64,000 bases of DNA from Ginsengibacter sp. (GTDB taxonomy: Bacteria > Bacteroidota > Bacteroidia > Chitinophagales > Chitinophagaceae), in assembly GCA_040005125.1 (NCBI GenBank), contig JBDTZL010000016.1, forward strand, positions 3,495 through 67,494. The letters are read 5' to 3'. Within the stretch, counting starts at the first letter, position 1. The number at the start of each line of letters is the position of its first letter. Below the pieces are notes generated by a model that had not been told where the DNA came from, made no database searches, and saw only the letters and a program-made list of their open reading frames with translations. The position numbers and the translations under genes were made by a program. This document shows positions 20,456-31,087 of the stretch, piece after piece.

Positions 20456-20627
20456 TTCGAATAATTATTTTTCTTTTTGAATCTTTCGGAGGATGTAAAG
20501 TTTTCGTCATTTTTTGCATCATGTACAATTTCCTGAAACGTTCTTCAATTGTAGAATTTCGCATTAATTCCAAATAAAACATTTCCTGTTCTTCAAATGA
20601 CTTAAATATGCGAATGGATTTGCTCAT
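20439..20627 (-). CDS. Small helical protein overlapping the NTase gene (putative antitoxin)
   Basis: 62 aa with an STIEERF motif; overlaps the NTase start by 17 nt. Confidence 0.6.
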   Translation of the reverse strand: MSKSIRIFKSFEEQEMFYLELMRNSTIEERFRKLYMMQKMTKTLHPPKDSKRKIIIRNGFIK

Positions 20628-20636
20628 AATAAAAAT

Positions 20637-21086
20637 TTAAAAGTTTCTGTTTGCTTTCACCCATCCTTTAATATATTCAGCAATCTCAGTGGTAGGAGTT
20701 CCCGGGGGGAATAATTTTCCAACTCCCAATTTATTTAAAGATTTCATGTCATCATCAGGAATAATGCCGCCCCCTGTTAACAGAACATCATCCATTTTTT
20801 TTTCTTTAAGGAGCGCTAATATTTTCGGGAAGACCGTATTGTGAGCGCCGGATAAAATACTTACGCCGATAGCATCTACATCTTCCTGCAGTGCTGCATT
20901 CACTACCATTTCGGGCGTTTGGCGCAGACCGGTATAAATTACTTCCATGCCCGCATCACGAAGGGAGGTTGCGATCACCTTTGCGCCCCGATCATGGCCA
21001 TCAAGTCCTACTTTGGCAACAAGTACCCTAATAGATCTTTGACCGGCCGGATTATTATTTCCTGGTTTATCTTTTTGCTCTTCCAT
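20637..21086 (-). CDS. Cobalamin-binding domain protein (acyl-CoA mutase small subunit)
   Basis: [12 protein letters not shown] (DxHxxG), SILSGAH and GGIIP motifs. Confidence 0.9.
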   Translation of the reverse strand: MEEQKDKPGNNNPAGQRSIRVLVAKVGLDGHDRGAKVIATSLRDAGMEVIYTGLRQTPEMVVNAALQEDVDAIGVSILSGAHNTVFPKILALLKEKKMDDVLLTGGGIIPDDDMKSLNKLGVGKLFPPGTPTTEIAEYIKGWVKANRNF

Positions 21087-21118
21087 TGAGTATAAAGGTA
21101 CAGGGGATTGTACGAAAA

Positions 21119-22666
21119 TTATTCCCCGGATATCTCATTCAATAGTGATAAAGTATGCTCTATCCTTTTTAAAGTTTCTTCTTTACCTAATAATGCTGCA
21201 ATATCAAAAACTCCCGGGCCATATTTTCCTCCCACAAGCATGATTCGTAATGGCAACATAAGTTCACCGGGCTTCAACTGGTTTACTGACGCAATTTCTT
21301 TGAATGCATTTTCAAGATATGCTGCATTCCATAAATCTGTGAAGGTGTAAGTACGTAACAATTCATTGAAGAAAAGATTTTTATGCTCATTCCATTTGGG
21401 AAGTATGGAAGCAGTATCAATTACACCGGGCCTTACAAAAAACAGATGGCCCTGTTCCCAGAAATCGGTAAGTAACGTGCACCTGTCTTTTATTAATGCA
21501 AGTACTTTTTCAAATTTAATTTCATCAGCATCACCAATTGCAACCCCTTTTGCCGCAAAAACTTTTTTTACTTCCGGCTTCCAGCTTTCAACATCCTGCT
21601 TTTTAATCCATTCATGATTGAACCACTTTGCTTTTTCAAAATTAAATTTTGCCCCGCTTGAATGAACTCTTTCAATGGAAAATCTTTCAACTAATTCATC
21701 TAATGAAAATATTTCTTTTTCTGTCCCGTCATTCCACCCAAGCACAGCAAGCATGTTTATAAATGCTTCGTGCAAAAATCCAAGTTCTTTAAATCCTTTC
21801 ATCGGGTCACCTGTTTTTGGGTCTTTCCATTCCATCGCAAAAACAGGAAATCCAAGCCTTTCACCATCTCTTTTGCTCAGTTTACCGTTACCATCGGGTT
21901 TTAGGATCAATGGAAGATGTGCCCATTGTGGCATATGATTTTCCCAACCAAAATATTTCCATAACAATATATGAGCAGGTGCGCTTGGAAGCCATTCTTC
22001 ACCCCGGAATACATGGGTTATTTTCATTAAATAGTCATCTACAACAACCGCAAGATGATACGTAGGCATACCATCTGCTTTTAGCAGCACTTTATCATCA
22101 ACGCCGTTTGTGTCCATCGTTATTTCTCCTCTTATCATATCTTTGAAAAATACAGATTCATCCGCGTTTATTTTTATCCGTATTACGTAAGGAAGTTCAG
22201 TTTTCAGCAATGCCCCGGTTTCTGCGGGTGACAAAGAGAGAGAATTGCGCATGTGCATGCGAGCAGAATGCCCATAGAGCAGGTTACTTTTTCCCTCAGC
22301 CCTTAGGTTTTCCCTCATAGCTTCAATTTCTTCGGGTGAGTCAAAAGCATAATAAGCATGTCCTTTTTTTACAAGTTCTTCAGCATATTTTTTGTAAAGA
22401 TCTTTTCGTTCACTTTGCCGGTAAGGTGCATACCCGCCTTCATTATGAGGCCCTTCGTCGGGTTGAATACCGCACCAGTTAAGGCAATCCATTATATACT
22501 GTTCGGCACCTGGAACATAGCGGGCTTGATCAGTATCTTCAATCCTCAATACAAAATCACCATTATGTTTTTTTGCAAATAGATAATTATACAAAGCCGT
22601 GCGAACACCTCCCAAATGTAATCCTCCCGTGGGGCTTGGTGCAAATCTTACTCGTACCTTTTTCAT
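21119..22666 (-). CDS. gltX: Glutamate--tRNA ligase
   Basis: [13 protein letters not shown] (HIGH), RIEDTD and KLSKR (KMSKS); ATG at 22666. Confidence 0.95.
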   Translation of the reverse strand: MKKVRVRFAPSPTGGLHLGGVRTALYNYLFAKKHNGDFVLRIEDTDQARYVPGAEQYIMDCLNWCGIQPDEGPHNEGGYAPYRQSERKDLYKKYAEELVKKGHAYYAFDSPEEIEAMRENLRAEGKSNLLYGHSARMHMRNSLSLSPAETGALLKTELPYVIRIKINADESVFFKDMIRGEITMDTNGVDDKVLLKADGMPTYHLAVVVDDYLMKITHVFRGEEWLPSAPAHILLWKYFGWENHMPQWAHLPLILKPDGNGKLSKRDGERLGFPVFAMEWKDPKTGDPMKGFKELGFLHEAFINMLAVLGWNDGTEKEIFSLDELVERFSIERVHSSGAKFNFEKAKWFNHEWIKKQDVESWKPEVKKVFAAKGVAIGDADEIKFEKVLALIKDRCTLLTDFWEQGHLFFVRPGVIDTASILPKWNEHKNLFFNELLRTYTFTDLWNAAYLENAFKEIASVNQLKPGELMLPLRIMLVGGKYGPGVFDIAALLGKEETLKRIEHTLSLLNEISGE

Positions 22667-22858
22667 TGTGCAAATATAAGTGCCGGCTGTATATCGGTGT
22701 ATCGTTTTTTGGGGTTCAGGCCATATGCCACGTGCGTCTGCGAATATGGGAATCATCAGGCGCCGGGGTACCGGGAACTTCCGGGAATTTCATTTAACTT
22801 AAAGCAGTCCTTAAATGAAATTTCATTTGGATATTACATCCAGGTTGTATATAAAATA

Positions 22859-22890
22859 AAAAAAACCTGTGATGTTACTCACAAGTTTTT
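22859..22890 (-). terminator. Intrinsic terminator after the lipoprotein gene
   Basis: Minus strand reads AAAAACUUGUGA-GUAACA-UCACAGGUUUUUUU. Confidence 0.6.
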
Positions 22891-22922
22891 CGCATAGGGA
22901 TTTAATCTTTTATCTAAAATCT

Positions 22923-23771
22923 TTATCTCAGTAAAATTGTTATCGGTGCATTGCCATCAATACTTATGGTTGCAATGCGATCGCAGGTACCATCGCCAAA
23001 ATCAAGAATGGCAAAATGATTGGGTCCCTGTATTTTTATTTTGCCTTTATCAATATTATCACATATCACTTTCTTTTCGAGGGCCTCTGTGATTTCACTG
23101 GTTCTTGTCTTTCCCGCAGCATTGGTAACAGTATGTGAGCCGGTTGTTGAAAAAACATCATCGCGCAAATTGAATGGAGTAGAGGAACCTTCTGTTTGAA
23201 CCACATTCTGGGTACCGCTGTGCAGCCAGTAACGCCCGTTGGGTGCAGTAATTTTTCCATCAACACATTTACGTTCCCAGCTTTTCATTCCACCCTGGCT
23301 TGTATTGGTCCAAGTTACAGTTCCTTCTTTTTTGAAACCGCTTACATAATAATTAGTAAAAGTCATAACAGCAACACTTCCGGGTGTCCTGAGCGAATCA
23401 CTAAGTATAATATTAATTTTTCCGCTTCTTGTAATTCCGTTATCTGAAGTACAGCCTGCGCCAAAATCAATTGTAATGTTTTTTGGGAAGCCGGGAGTAG
23501 CAGTTACAGTGGGGCAAGTGAGTACATTCAGTGTTTGGGTTGCAGTGGTAGTCCTTTCACCGGCAAAATTATTTGTTACTGCTGCTTCATTTAATACATA
23601 TTCTGCGTCGGAATTCAGGTTGTCGGAAATGGCCTGGTCTCCGCTCAATTCTACAGTTGTTGCTACCTCATCAGAGGCAGCGGGGCTTCCGGAATTGTCT
23701 TTTTTACACGAAGAAAAGCATGCCGCGACGGATATAGTTGCCAGGGCAAGCAGGTAATTTTTTAATTTCAT
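22923..23771 (-). CDS. Conserved Bacteroidota lipoprotein
   Basis: Lipobox FSSC-KKD; ITIDFG.GC...GITRSGKI and LDFGDGTCD motifs. Confidence 0.75.
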   Translation of the reverse strand: MKLKNYLLALATISVAACFSSCKKDNSGSPAASDEVATTVELSGDQAISDNLNSDAEYVLNEAAVTNNFAGERTTTATQTLNVLTCPTVTATPGFPKNITIDFGAGCTSDNGITRSGKINIILSDSLRTPGSVAVMTFTNYYVSGFKKEGTVTWTNTSQGGMKSWERKCVDGKITAPNGRYWLHSGTQNVVQTEGSSTPFNLRDDVFSTTGSHTVTNAAGKTRTSEITEALEKKVICDNIDKGKIKIQGPNHFAILDFGDGTCDRIATISIDGNAPITILLR

Positions 23772-23880
23772 AAAGTACTTTTAAAATAAGGTTAAAATAA
23801 GGTTAAGATGAGTTTATTGATACCTAAGACGATTTTTTGTAATAAGAGTTTAATTCACTAAAAAGATTTATTTTTCTTAA

Positions 23881-24507
23881 ATGTTTTATTTCGTAAAAAC
23901 ACCGTGGTTATTGAAAAAAATCTATCCTGGCTGTACGTGGGAAATTAAAGCACCCGGGAAAGATATATACCTCACATTTGACGATGGGCCACACCCCGAG
24001 GCGACTCCATTCGTATTGCAGGAACTTAAAAAGTACCATGCAAAGGCCACTTTTTTTTGCGTAGGAAAAAATGTAAAAGATTATTTTGAAATCTATAAAC
24101 AAATTATTTCAGATTCGCATAAGCCGGGAAATCATACATTTAGTCATTTAAACGGCTGGAAAACACCTGATAAAAAATATCTTGAAGACCTACTACGGGC
24201 AGCAGATATTATTGACAGCGATCTGTTCCGTCCGCCTTATGGAAAAATTACAAAATTTCAACTAAAGGCATTGCGCGGAGAAAGATTGAGGTTGAAAACA
24301 ATTATGTGGAATGTGCTTAGCGGTGATTTTGATGAAACAATTACACCTGAGAATTGTTACCTCAATGTTATCAATAATACAGGGCCTGGTTCAATCATAG
24401 TTTTTCATGATAGCGTAAAAGCATTTCCAAGGTTGCAATACGCGCTGCCACGTGTGCTTGAATATTTTACAGAAAGAGGATTTCACTTTAAAACGATCTC
24501 ACTGTAA
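23881..24507 (+). CDS. Polysaccharide deacetylase (CE4/NodB)
   Basis: LTFDDGP, GNHTFSH, FRPPYG and IIVFHDS motifs. Confidence 0.92.
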   Translation: MFYFVKTPWLLKKIYPGCTWEIKAPGKDIYLTFDDGPHPEATPFVLQELKKYHAKATFFCVGKNVKDYFEIYKQIISDSHKPGNHTFSHLNGWKTPDKKYLEDLLRAADIIDSDLFRPPYGKITKFQLKALRGERLRLKTIMWNVLSGDFDETITPENCYLNVINNTGPGSIIVFHDSVKAFPRLQYALPRVLEYFTERGFHFKTISL

Positions 24508-24511
24508 TGGT

Positions 24512-24551
24512 AAAAAAAATTGGGCCGGGGTAGATACCCCGGCCCGTTTTT
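24512..24551. terminator. Bidirectional terminator
   Basis: GGGCCGGGGTA-GA-TACCCCGGCCC with an A-tract on the left and a T-tract on the right. Confidence 0.7.
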
Positions 24552-25049
24552 AATCCGTACCCTATGAAAACTGTTGTGAAGTTAATAAATTGTTTTTAAC
24601 AAATCAACAACAATTTTGCTGTGTGCCATAATATTGTGCCGAATACGATTAATTATAAGGCATATGCGGGTATTATGAATATTATATTAGCTTTCCCTGT
24701 CATACTTTTACAATTCTGTGACAGTCCTAGTTTCCAACAGATAAATTACTAACAAAGCAGTCTATAAATTGCCACCTGGATTCGAAACAGAAATTATTAC
24801 CGGTGATTTAAATACATCATCCCAAAGCGCTGAAAGCGGTGCTATTACTTCAACGGGCCATAGGTGTTACACAATTCAATTTTTCTTCAACTTCCGGTGT
24901 TTGGGCAAGTGATTTTTTTGTCAATCACTTATACTTTTATTCTCTCCTGTTACACATTACACCTGAAGCCCGAATATCCCTGGTGATGATTGCATACCGG
25001 GTCAACAGTTCTTCAGGTTTAATAAATATTTTTAATTTTTCTTTGCTTT

Positions 25050-25826
25050 ATGAAATTTATTGACACCCATACCCATTTGTATTTAAAAGAATTTTTTACT
25101 GATATTGATGAAGTATTGCAACGTGCAGAAGCCGAAGGGGTGGAAAGATTTTATCTTCCGGCCATTGACAGTTCGGAAACTGCTGCAATCTTTGACCTCG
25201 AAAAAAAATTTCCCGGCAAATGCATCGCTATGGCCGGTTTGCATCCATGCTCGGTAAAGGAAAATTATAAAGAAGAATTGCACAAGGTTAATACAATGCT
25301 GGAACAAAGAAAATTTGCAGCGATAGGAGAAACCGGCCTTGATTTCTATTGGGATACTTCATTCATGAAGGAACAATACACAAGTCTTCATATCCAGGCG
25401 GAGTGGGCATTGCAATATAATTTACCTTTGGTACTTCATACACGTAACGCCATGCAGGAAACCATTGATATTGTAAAAACATACAATGGCAAAGGGTTAA
25501 AGGGCATCTTTCATTGCTTTAGCGGAACAGTTCAAAATGCAAATGATATAATTGAACAGGGATTTTTTTTAGGAATAGGAGGGGTAATTACTTACAAAAA
25601 TTCAGGATTGGCCGAAGTTACCCGTGAGGTTGGCCTGGAGCATATTGTGCTTGAAACAGACGCGCCCTATTTAACCCCGGTTCCATTCAGGGGTAAAAGA
25701 AATGAAAGCAGCTATATAAAATATGTTGGGCAAAAACTTGCAGAAATTAAAAATATTTCAATTGAAGAAGTAGCTTATCAGACTTCGAAAAATGCCGAAA
25801 AAATTTTTTCTGAAAAAACAATTTGA
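25050..25826 (+). CDS. tatD: TatD family hydrolase
   Basis: IDTHTH, GLHP, IGETGLD, HCFSG and LETDAPYL motifs. Confidence 0.9.
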   Translation: MKFIDTHTHLYLKEFFTDIDEVLQRAEAEGVERFYLPAIDSSETAAIFDLEKKFPGKCIAMAGLHPCSVKENYKEELHKVNTMLEQRKFAAIGETGLDFYWDTSFMKEQYTSLHIQAEWALQYNLPLVLHTRNAMQETIDIVKTYNGKGLKGIFHCFSGTVQNANDIIEQGFFLGIGGVITYKNSGLAEVTREVGLEHIVLETDAPYLTPVPFRGKRNESSYIKYVGQKLAEIKNISIEEVAYQTSKNAEKIFSEKTI

Positions 25827-25993
25827 AACAATTTGAAATTTTCATAAGTGATATTGCAGTGTTGATTTCATTTTCTTATGTGTTGTATTGCACATTGAAA
25901 ACAATACTATTTTGGTTTATTAAACGGGTTATTGCAATTATTTTTTTATGCGGATATGGAATTTAAAAAGACTCAACTTATTTAATTTATACA

Positions 25994-27160
25994 TCAAAAG
26001 ATATTTTTGGATACTCCCAATTCCAGCCCTCTTAATTCTGCCAATCCCTTTAAGCGCCCGATGGCGCTATATCCCGGGTACGCTTTTTTATTAAGATCAT
26101 CCAGCATTTGATGTCCATGATCGGGACGCATCGGGATAGAAATGTTTCTTTCATTCATCAGTAATACAATTTCTTTTATTACTTCATACATATCTACATC
26201 TCCATCGAGATGGTTTGCTTCATAAAAATTTCCTTCATCATCACTTGTTGTGCTTCGAAGGTGAAGAAAATGGATATGATCTCCCATGCGCCGTATCATT
26301 CCCGGTAAGTCATTATCTTTTCTCACACCATATGAACCGGTGCAGAAACATAGCCCATTTGCTGCCGAGGGAACAGCGTCCAATAATTCTTTTGCATCTT
26401 TTTCTGTACTTACTATTCTTGGCAATCCCAGGATCGAAAAAGGCGGATCATCAGGATGAATGGCCATTTTTAATCCTGCCTCTTCCGCCACGGGAATTAC
26501 CTGCTGCAAAAAGTAAAACAAATGTGATTTAAGTTCAGTTGCCCCGATACCTTCATAACTTTTAAGAGCAGATAATATTTGCTCTTCGGTAAAACGTTCT
26601 TCACTCCCGGGTAATCCCAGTAAAGTATTGCGGTAAAGAATTTCTTTTTCTTCAGCATTCATAGTATTGAGCCTTGCTTTTGCTTTTTCTTTCTCTTCAT
26701 TTGTATAATCATTTTCAGCGCCCGGGCGTTTTAATAAAAACAGATCAAAAGCGACGAATGCAGATTTTTCAAACCGCAGTGCTTTGCTTTTATCCGGCAT
26801 TTCATAATTTATATCTGTACGCATCCAATCGAGTATAGGCATAAAATTATAAGTAACCACTGTCAATCCGCAGGCTGCAATATTGCACAAACTTTGCTTG
26901 TAATTTTCCAGGTAACTTTTGTAATTCCCTGTTTGCTTTTTTATATCCTCATGCACAGGCAGGCTTTCAATTACGGTCCACGTCATTCCTGCATCTTCTA
27001 TCGCCAGTTTCCTTTTGTTGATTTCTTCTACAGGCCATATTTCTCCAACAGGAATGTGATGAAGTGCCGTTACAACACCGGTACAACCGGATTGACGAAT
27101 ATCCCATAAACTTACGGGGTCATCGGGCCCAAACCAACGCATCGTTTTTTCCATCAACAT
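25994..27160 (-). CDS. uxuA: Mannonate dehydratase
   Basis: [33 protein letters not shown] and PGYSAIGR motifs. Confidence 0.95.
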   Translation of the reverse strand: MLMEKTMRWFGPDDPVSLWDIRQSGCTGVVTALHHIPVGEIWPVEEINKRKLAIEDAGMTWTVIESLPVHEDIKKQTGNYKSYLENYKQSLCNIAACGLTVVTYNFMPILDWMRTDINYEMPDKSKALRFEKSAFVAFDLFLLKRPGAENDYTNEEKEKAKARLNTMNAEEKEILYRNTLLGLPGSEERFTEEQILSALKSYEGIGATELKSHLFYFLQQVIPVAEEAGLKMAIHPDDPPFSILGLPRIVSTEKDAKELLDAVPSAANGLCFCTGSYGVRKDNDLPGMIRRMGDHIHFLHLRSTTSDDEGNFYEANHLDGDVDMYEVIKEIVLLMNERNISIPMRPDHGHQMLDDLNKKAYPGYSAIGRLKGLAELRGLELGVSKNIF

Positions 27161-27641
27161 AAATTGCCGAATTTAGTATTGTAAAGTTTATTAATTCAAT
27201 TCAATATAAGCAGATCGATTCTAAATATCTGTTTGATTCAGAAATTAATTTTTATAGATCCGAATTAAATTTAAAAAAAACAAATGTTGTTCCTGAAATT
27301 TACGCCGATAAATTACCTGAATGTTTTTTATAATATCGCAGATGCCTGCACTTAAAATAATTCCTGCGTTTTTATTATGGGCATATAATTCAATAACCCG
27401 CTTTTGCATTTATAAGCGATGTTTATCAATTCCGGCAGGGCATTGAACTATACATTCTTTTTGAAAAAGCAAAAGGAGGGACGAATAGAAATTTATCCCC
27501 CTTTTGTTATTATGAGAATAAAACTGCATTAATATCCCGGGTTCTGGGGAAATTGAGGCCCTCTGTAACCCGATCGATCTCATTCTGATGAATGGGACGC
27601 AAAACCTAATTCCCGACAACCCATATAAGGCAATTATTTGA

Positions 27642-27663
27642 AAAATGTAATCGGTTACATTTT
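27642..27663. promoter_or_regulatory. LacI-family operator-like palindrome
   Basis: AAAATGTAA-TCGG-TTACATTTT with a central CG, located between the divergent uxuA and lacI-remnant/GH67 units. Confidence 0.65.
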
Positions 27664-27695
27664 ATTTTAAACAATATTTTTTTATTTATAGCTTT

Positions 27696-27850
27696 ATAGA
27701 GCCGAATCTTACTACCATTAATTACCCGGGTTATGAAATGGGTGAAGTTGCAGCACACAATTTAATTAATCATTTAAATGGGAATGCCACAATTCACGCT
27801 ACCAGTACAATTATACTCCGGTCAGAAATCAAGTAAGAAAATCATCATAA
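27696..27850 (+). pseudogene. C-terminal remnant of a LacI-family regulator
   Basis: Translates as IEPNLTTINYPGYEMGEVAAHNLINHLNG...TIILRSE, then frameshifts into VRKSS*; the HTH and core domains are missing. Confidence 0.75.
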
Positions 27851-27899
27851 AAAAGGAAAGTGCAATAATTTTTTAATCAGAAACAGAACACTGTTAAGC

Positions 27900-30050
27900 A
27901 TGAACAAAATTTTTATAACACTGCTGTGCTTAATTTTATTTTGTGTTTCTTATTCGGAAGATGGTTACCGGCTGTGGTTGCGGTACGACAAAATAGAAGA
28001 TGCCAAACTATTGGCTCATTACCAGCAGCAAATTACAGGAATACAATTCAACAATACAAGTGCAACTTCAGATGTAGCAAAAAAAGAACTGTTACAGGGC
28101 TTACAGGGATTGTTGGGTAAAAAAATAATTGATCAGAAATCAATTAACGGCGGAACCGTTGTTGTGGGAACTCCCGGATCATCATCTTATGTAAAATCCT
28201 TATTTTCTTTACATGAAATAAATGCTTTGGGAGAAGAAGGCTACATCATCCGCACTTCAGTCATCAATAAAAAAAATGTAATTTTTATTACCGCTATAAA
28301 TGATGTGGGTATTTTGTATGGTGTCTTTAATTTTCTACGCTTGTTACAAACCCGCCAAAATATCCGGCAACTTTCCGTTATAAGTATCCCAAAAATTCAA
28401 AACCGCATTTTAGATCATTGGGATAATTTGAACAGGAGCGTGGAGCGTGGGTATGCAGGCATATCAATCTGGAACTGGCATACACTACCCGGGTATATTG
28501 ACAAGCGTTATATAGATTATGCAAGGGCCAATGCATCCATAGGAATTAATGGAACGGTATTAACCAACGTTAATGCAAATGCGCTTGTTCTTACAAAAGA
28601 TTATTTGATTAAAGCAGCGGCATTGGCAAATGTGTTTCGTCCGTACGGAATAAAGGTTTATCTCACCGCCAAATTTAGTGCGCCTATGGAGATTGGCGGA
28701 TTAAAAACCGCTGATCCGTTAAATACAGAAGTTCAAAACTGGTGGAAACAAAAGGTCGATGAGATCTATCAATACATGCCGGATTTTGGAGGCTTGCTGG
28801 TAAAAGCAAATTCGGAAGGACAACCGGGGCCGCAGAATTATGGAAGGACACATGCGGATGGAGCCAACATGTTGGCCGATGCCTTAGCGCCACATAATGG
28901 AATTGTGATGTGGCGCGCCTTTGTGTATAGCAATGAAACACCTGCAGACCGGTTCAAACAGGCTTACACAGAATTTAAGCCACTGGATGGTTCATTTAGA
29001 AAAAATGTATTGGTGCAGGTGAAGAACGGTCCGCTCGATTTTCAACCGAGGGAACCTTTCAGCCCGCTTTTTGGTGGCATGCCCAAAACATCCCTGATGA
29101 TGGAGTTTCAACTTACCCAGGAATACCTGGGGCAGGGTACCCATCTTGTTTATGAGGCTCCTTTATTTAAAGAAACGCTGGAATCTGATACCTATGAAAA
29201 AGGAAATGGATCAACTGTTGCAAAAGTGATCGATGGCTCCGTGGATGAACATCAGCTTACCGGTATAGCCGGTGTATCAAATATCGGGAATGATATCAAC
29301 TGGACAGCGCATCCTTTCGGTCAGGCTAACTGGTACGCTTACGGACGGCTTGCATGGGATCACGAATTAAGCTCCGCAATAATAGCAGATGAATGGATAC
29401 GGCAGACATTTTCCAACGACCAGGATTTTGTAGACACCGTTGAAAAAATTATGTTGGCTTCAAGGGAAGCGGTCGTGAATTATATGACGCCATTGGGCCT
29501 TCATCATATTATGGGATATGGGCATCATTATGGCCCTGCACCCTGGTATGATAAAGCACCGCGTGCTGATTGGAACCCGGTGTATTTTCATCGTGCTGAC
29601 AGTGTTGGTATTGGCTTTGACCGAACTTCTGCAGGAAGTAATGCACTTACTCAATATCAGCCGCCCTTACCTAAGGAATTTGAAGACCTGTCCACATGCC
29701 CTGAAAAATATTTATTATGGTTCCATCATGTTCCCTGGACGTATCCATTAAAATCGGGGAGGAACCTTTGGGATGAATTGTGTTATAAATACAATGAAGG
29801 CGTAGATACCGTAAGGTGGATGCAAAACGCATGGGATCGTATGAAAAAATATGTAGATGACGAAAGGTTTAACCAGGTACGGATGCTGTTAAGCATCCAG
29901 GAAAAGGAGGCGGTTTGGTGGCGCAATTCGTGTCTTTTATATTTTCAAACCTTTTCAAAAATGCCGGTTCCGGGAAAATATGAAAAACCCGATCACACTT
30001 TGGAATATTATGAGTCTTTAAAATTTCCTTATGCACCGGGTAACGGATAA
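27900..30050 (+). CDS. aguA: Alpha-glucuronidase GH67
   Basis: EDGYRLWLRY, HWDNL..SVERGYAG, VKANSEGQPGP, KNGPLDFQPREP and TQEYLG motifs. Confidence 0.93.
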   Translation: MNKIFITLLCLILFCVSYSEDGYRLWLRYDKIEDAKLLAHYQQQITGIQFNNTSATSDVAKKELLQGLQGLLGKKIIDQKSINGGTVVVGTPGSSSYVKSLFSLHEINALGEEGYIIRTSVINKKNVIFITAINDVGILYGVFNFLRLLQTRQNIRQLSVISIPKIQNRILDHWDNLNRSVERGYAGISIWNWHTLPGYIDKRYIDYARANASIGINGTVLTNVNANALVLTKDYLIKAAALANVFRPYGIKVYLTAKFSAPMEIGGLKTADPLNTEVQNWWKQKVDEIYQYMPDFGGLLVKANSEGQPGPQNYGRTHADGANMLADALAPHNGIVMWRAFVYSNETPADRFKQAYTEFKPLDGSFRKNVLVQVKNGPLDFQPREPFSPLFGGMPKTSLMMEFQLTQEYLGQGTHLVYEAPLFKETLESDTYEKGNGSTVAKVIDGSVDEHQLTGIAGVSNIGNDINWTAHPFGQANWYAYGRLAWDHELSSAIIADEWIRQTFSNDQDFVDTVEKIMLASREAVVNYMTPLGLHHIMGYGHHYGPAPWYDKAPRADWNPVYFHRADSVGIGFDRTSAGSNALTQYQPPLPKEFEDLSTCPEKYLLWFHHVPWTYPLKSGRNLWDELCYKYNEGVDTVRWMQNAWDRMKKYVDDERFNQVRMLLSIQEKEAVWWRNSCLLYFQTFSKMPVPGKYEKPDHTLEYYESLKFPYAPGNG

Positions 30051-30087
30051 AATAATTCAGAAGAACCATTTAAAAAGCAAATAACTA

Positions 30088-30840
30088 TTGAAAACAAATC
30101 ATCAAAAAAAAGTTGCCATAATAACCGGCGGCGGATCAGGGATCGGGTTGGCTATAGCTAAAAAATTTGTGCAAAATAATATTACTACTATTATTATAGG
30201 CCGTAATAAAGCAAAACTGAGTGCCGCTAAAACTAAATTAGGGGAGCTGTGTATTCCTGTGGTGTTTGATTTAAACAACCTTTCTTCCATTCCCGAATTG
30301 GTAGACCAATTTATTAAGCAATATAAAAAAATTGATATTCTTGTAAACAATGCGGGCATCAATTTAAAAAAAGAATTTATAGAAGTAACAGATGATGAAT
30401 TTCAAAAAATTATACTCACTAATGTAGCAGCGGTATTTGCCCTATCGAGAGAAGTGGTAAAAAATATGATGAAAGAAGGCAGCGGCAGTATTATTAATAT
30501 AAGCTCAATGGCATCACAATATGGCCTGCCCAAAGTAATTGCCTACACCGCATCAAAATCGGCAATTGAAGGAATGACGAGAGCAATGGCGGTCGAGCTT
30601 TCTCCAAAAGGAATACGCGTGAATTGCATTGCGCCCGGATTTATTGCAACAGATATGTCGTCCAAAGCATTGGATAATGATAAGGAAAGAAAAGAAAAGG
30701 TAATGTCGAGAACTCCAATGGGCGCTATGGGAATGCCTGCTGATATTGGTGATGCCGCTGTATTCCTGGCATCTTCTGCATCAGGTTATATCACGGGGGT
30801 GGTGCTGCCCGTGGATGGCGGCAATTCTATTGGATTTTAA
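30088..30840 (+). CDS. SDR oxidoreductase (gluconate 5-dehydrogenase/KduD-like, probably uronate pathway)
   Basis: TGGGSGIG, NNAG and YTASK motifs; located in the uronate locus. Confidence 0.8.
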   Translation: MKTNHQKKVAIITGGGSGIGLAIAKKFVQNNITTIIIGRNKAKLSAAKTKLGELCIPVVFDLNNLSSIPELVDQFIKQYKKIDILVNNAGINLKKEFIEVTDDEFQKIILTNVAAVFALSREVVKNMMKEGSGSIINISSMASQYGLPKVIAYTASKSAIEGMTRAMAVELSPKGIRVNCIAPGFIATDMSSKALDNDKERKEKVMSRTPMGAMGMPADIGDAAVFLASSASGYITGVVLPVDGGNSIGF

Positions 30841-30868
30841 GTAGGGACAGGTCGCGACCTGTCCCTAC
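30841..30868. repeat. GTAG-type REP palindrome
   Basis: GTAGGGACAGGTCGCGACCTGTCCCTAC is a 28-bp perfect palindrome. Confidence 0.75.
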
Positions 30869-30974
30869 CGGAAAAAAAAATTCGCGAACAATAAGATTTT
30901 CATGATTATCATAAACAATGGTTCGGTAATTTTTAAATTGTGAACCATATGATAGTGAACAGCTAGATCACCAT

Positions 30975-31002
30975 GTAGGGACCGGTCGCGACCTGAACCT
31001 AG
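30975..31002. repeat. Degenerate second REP copy
   Basis: GTAGGGACCGGTCGCGACCTGAACCTAG. Confidence 0.6.
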
Positions 31003-31087
31003 CAGCGAGTAGATTTATTAATGCTATTGTAAAACATTTGCCCAAAATTGCTCATAAAACTTACCGGAGATTGATAAAAAATAATTT

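Noticed and set aside
24675-24912. Possible remnant of a PQQ/sorbosone dehydrogenase-like gene (YKLPPGFETEIITGDLN)
   Set aside because: Only a short motif resemblance within broken frames; not supportable without a search
30869-30974. RAYT transposase remnant between the two REP copies
   Set aside because: Only a vague FHD-like tripeptide; no HUH motif or sustained frame
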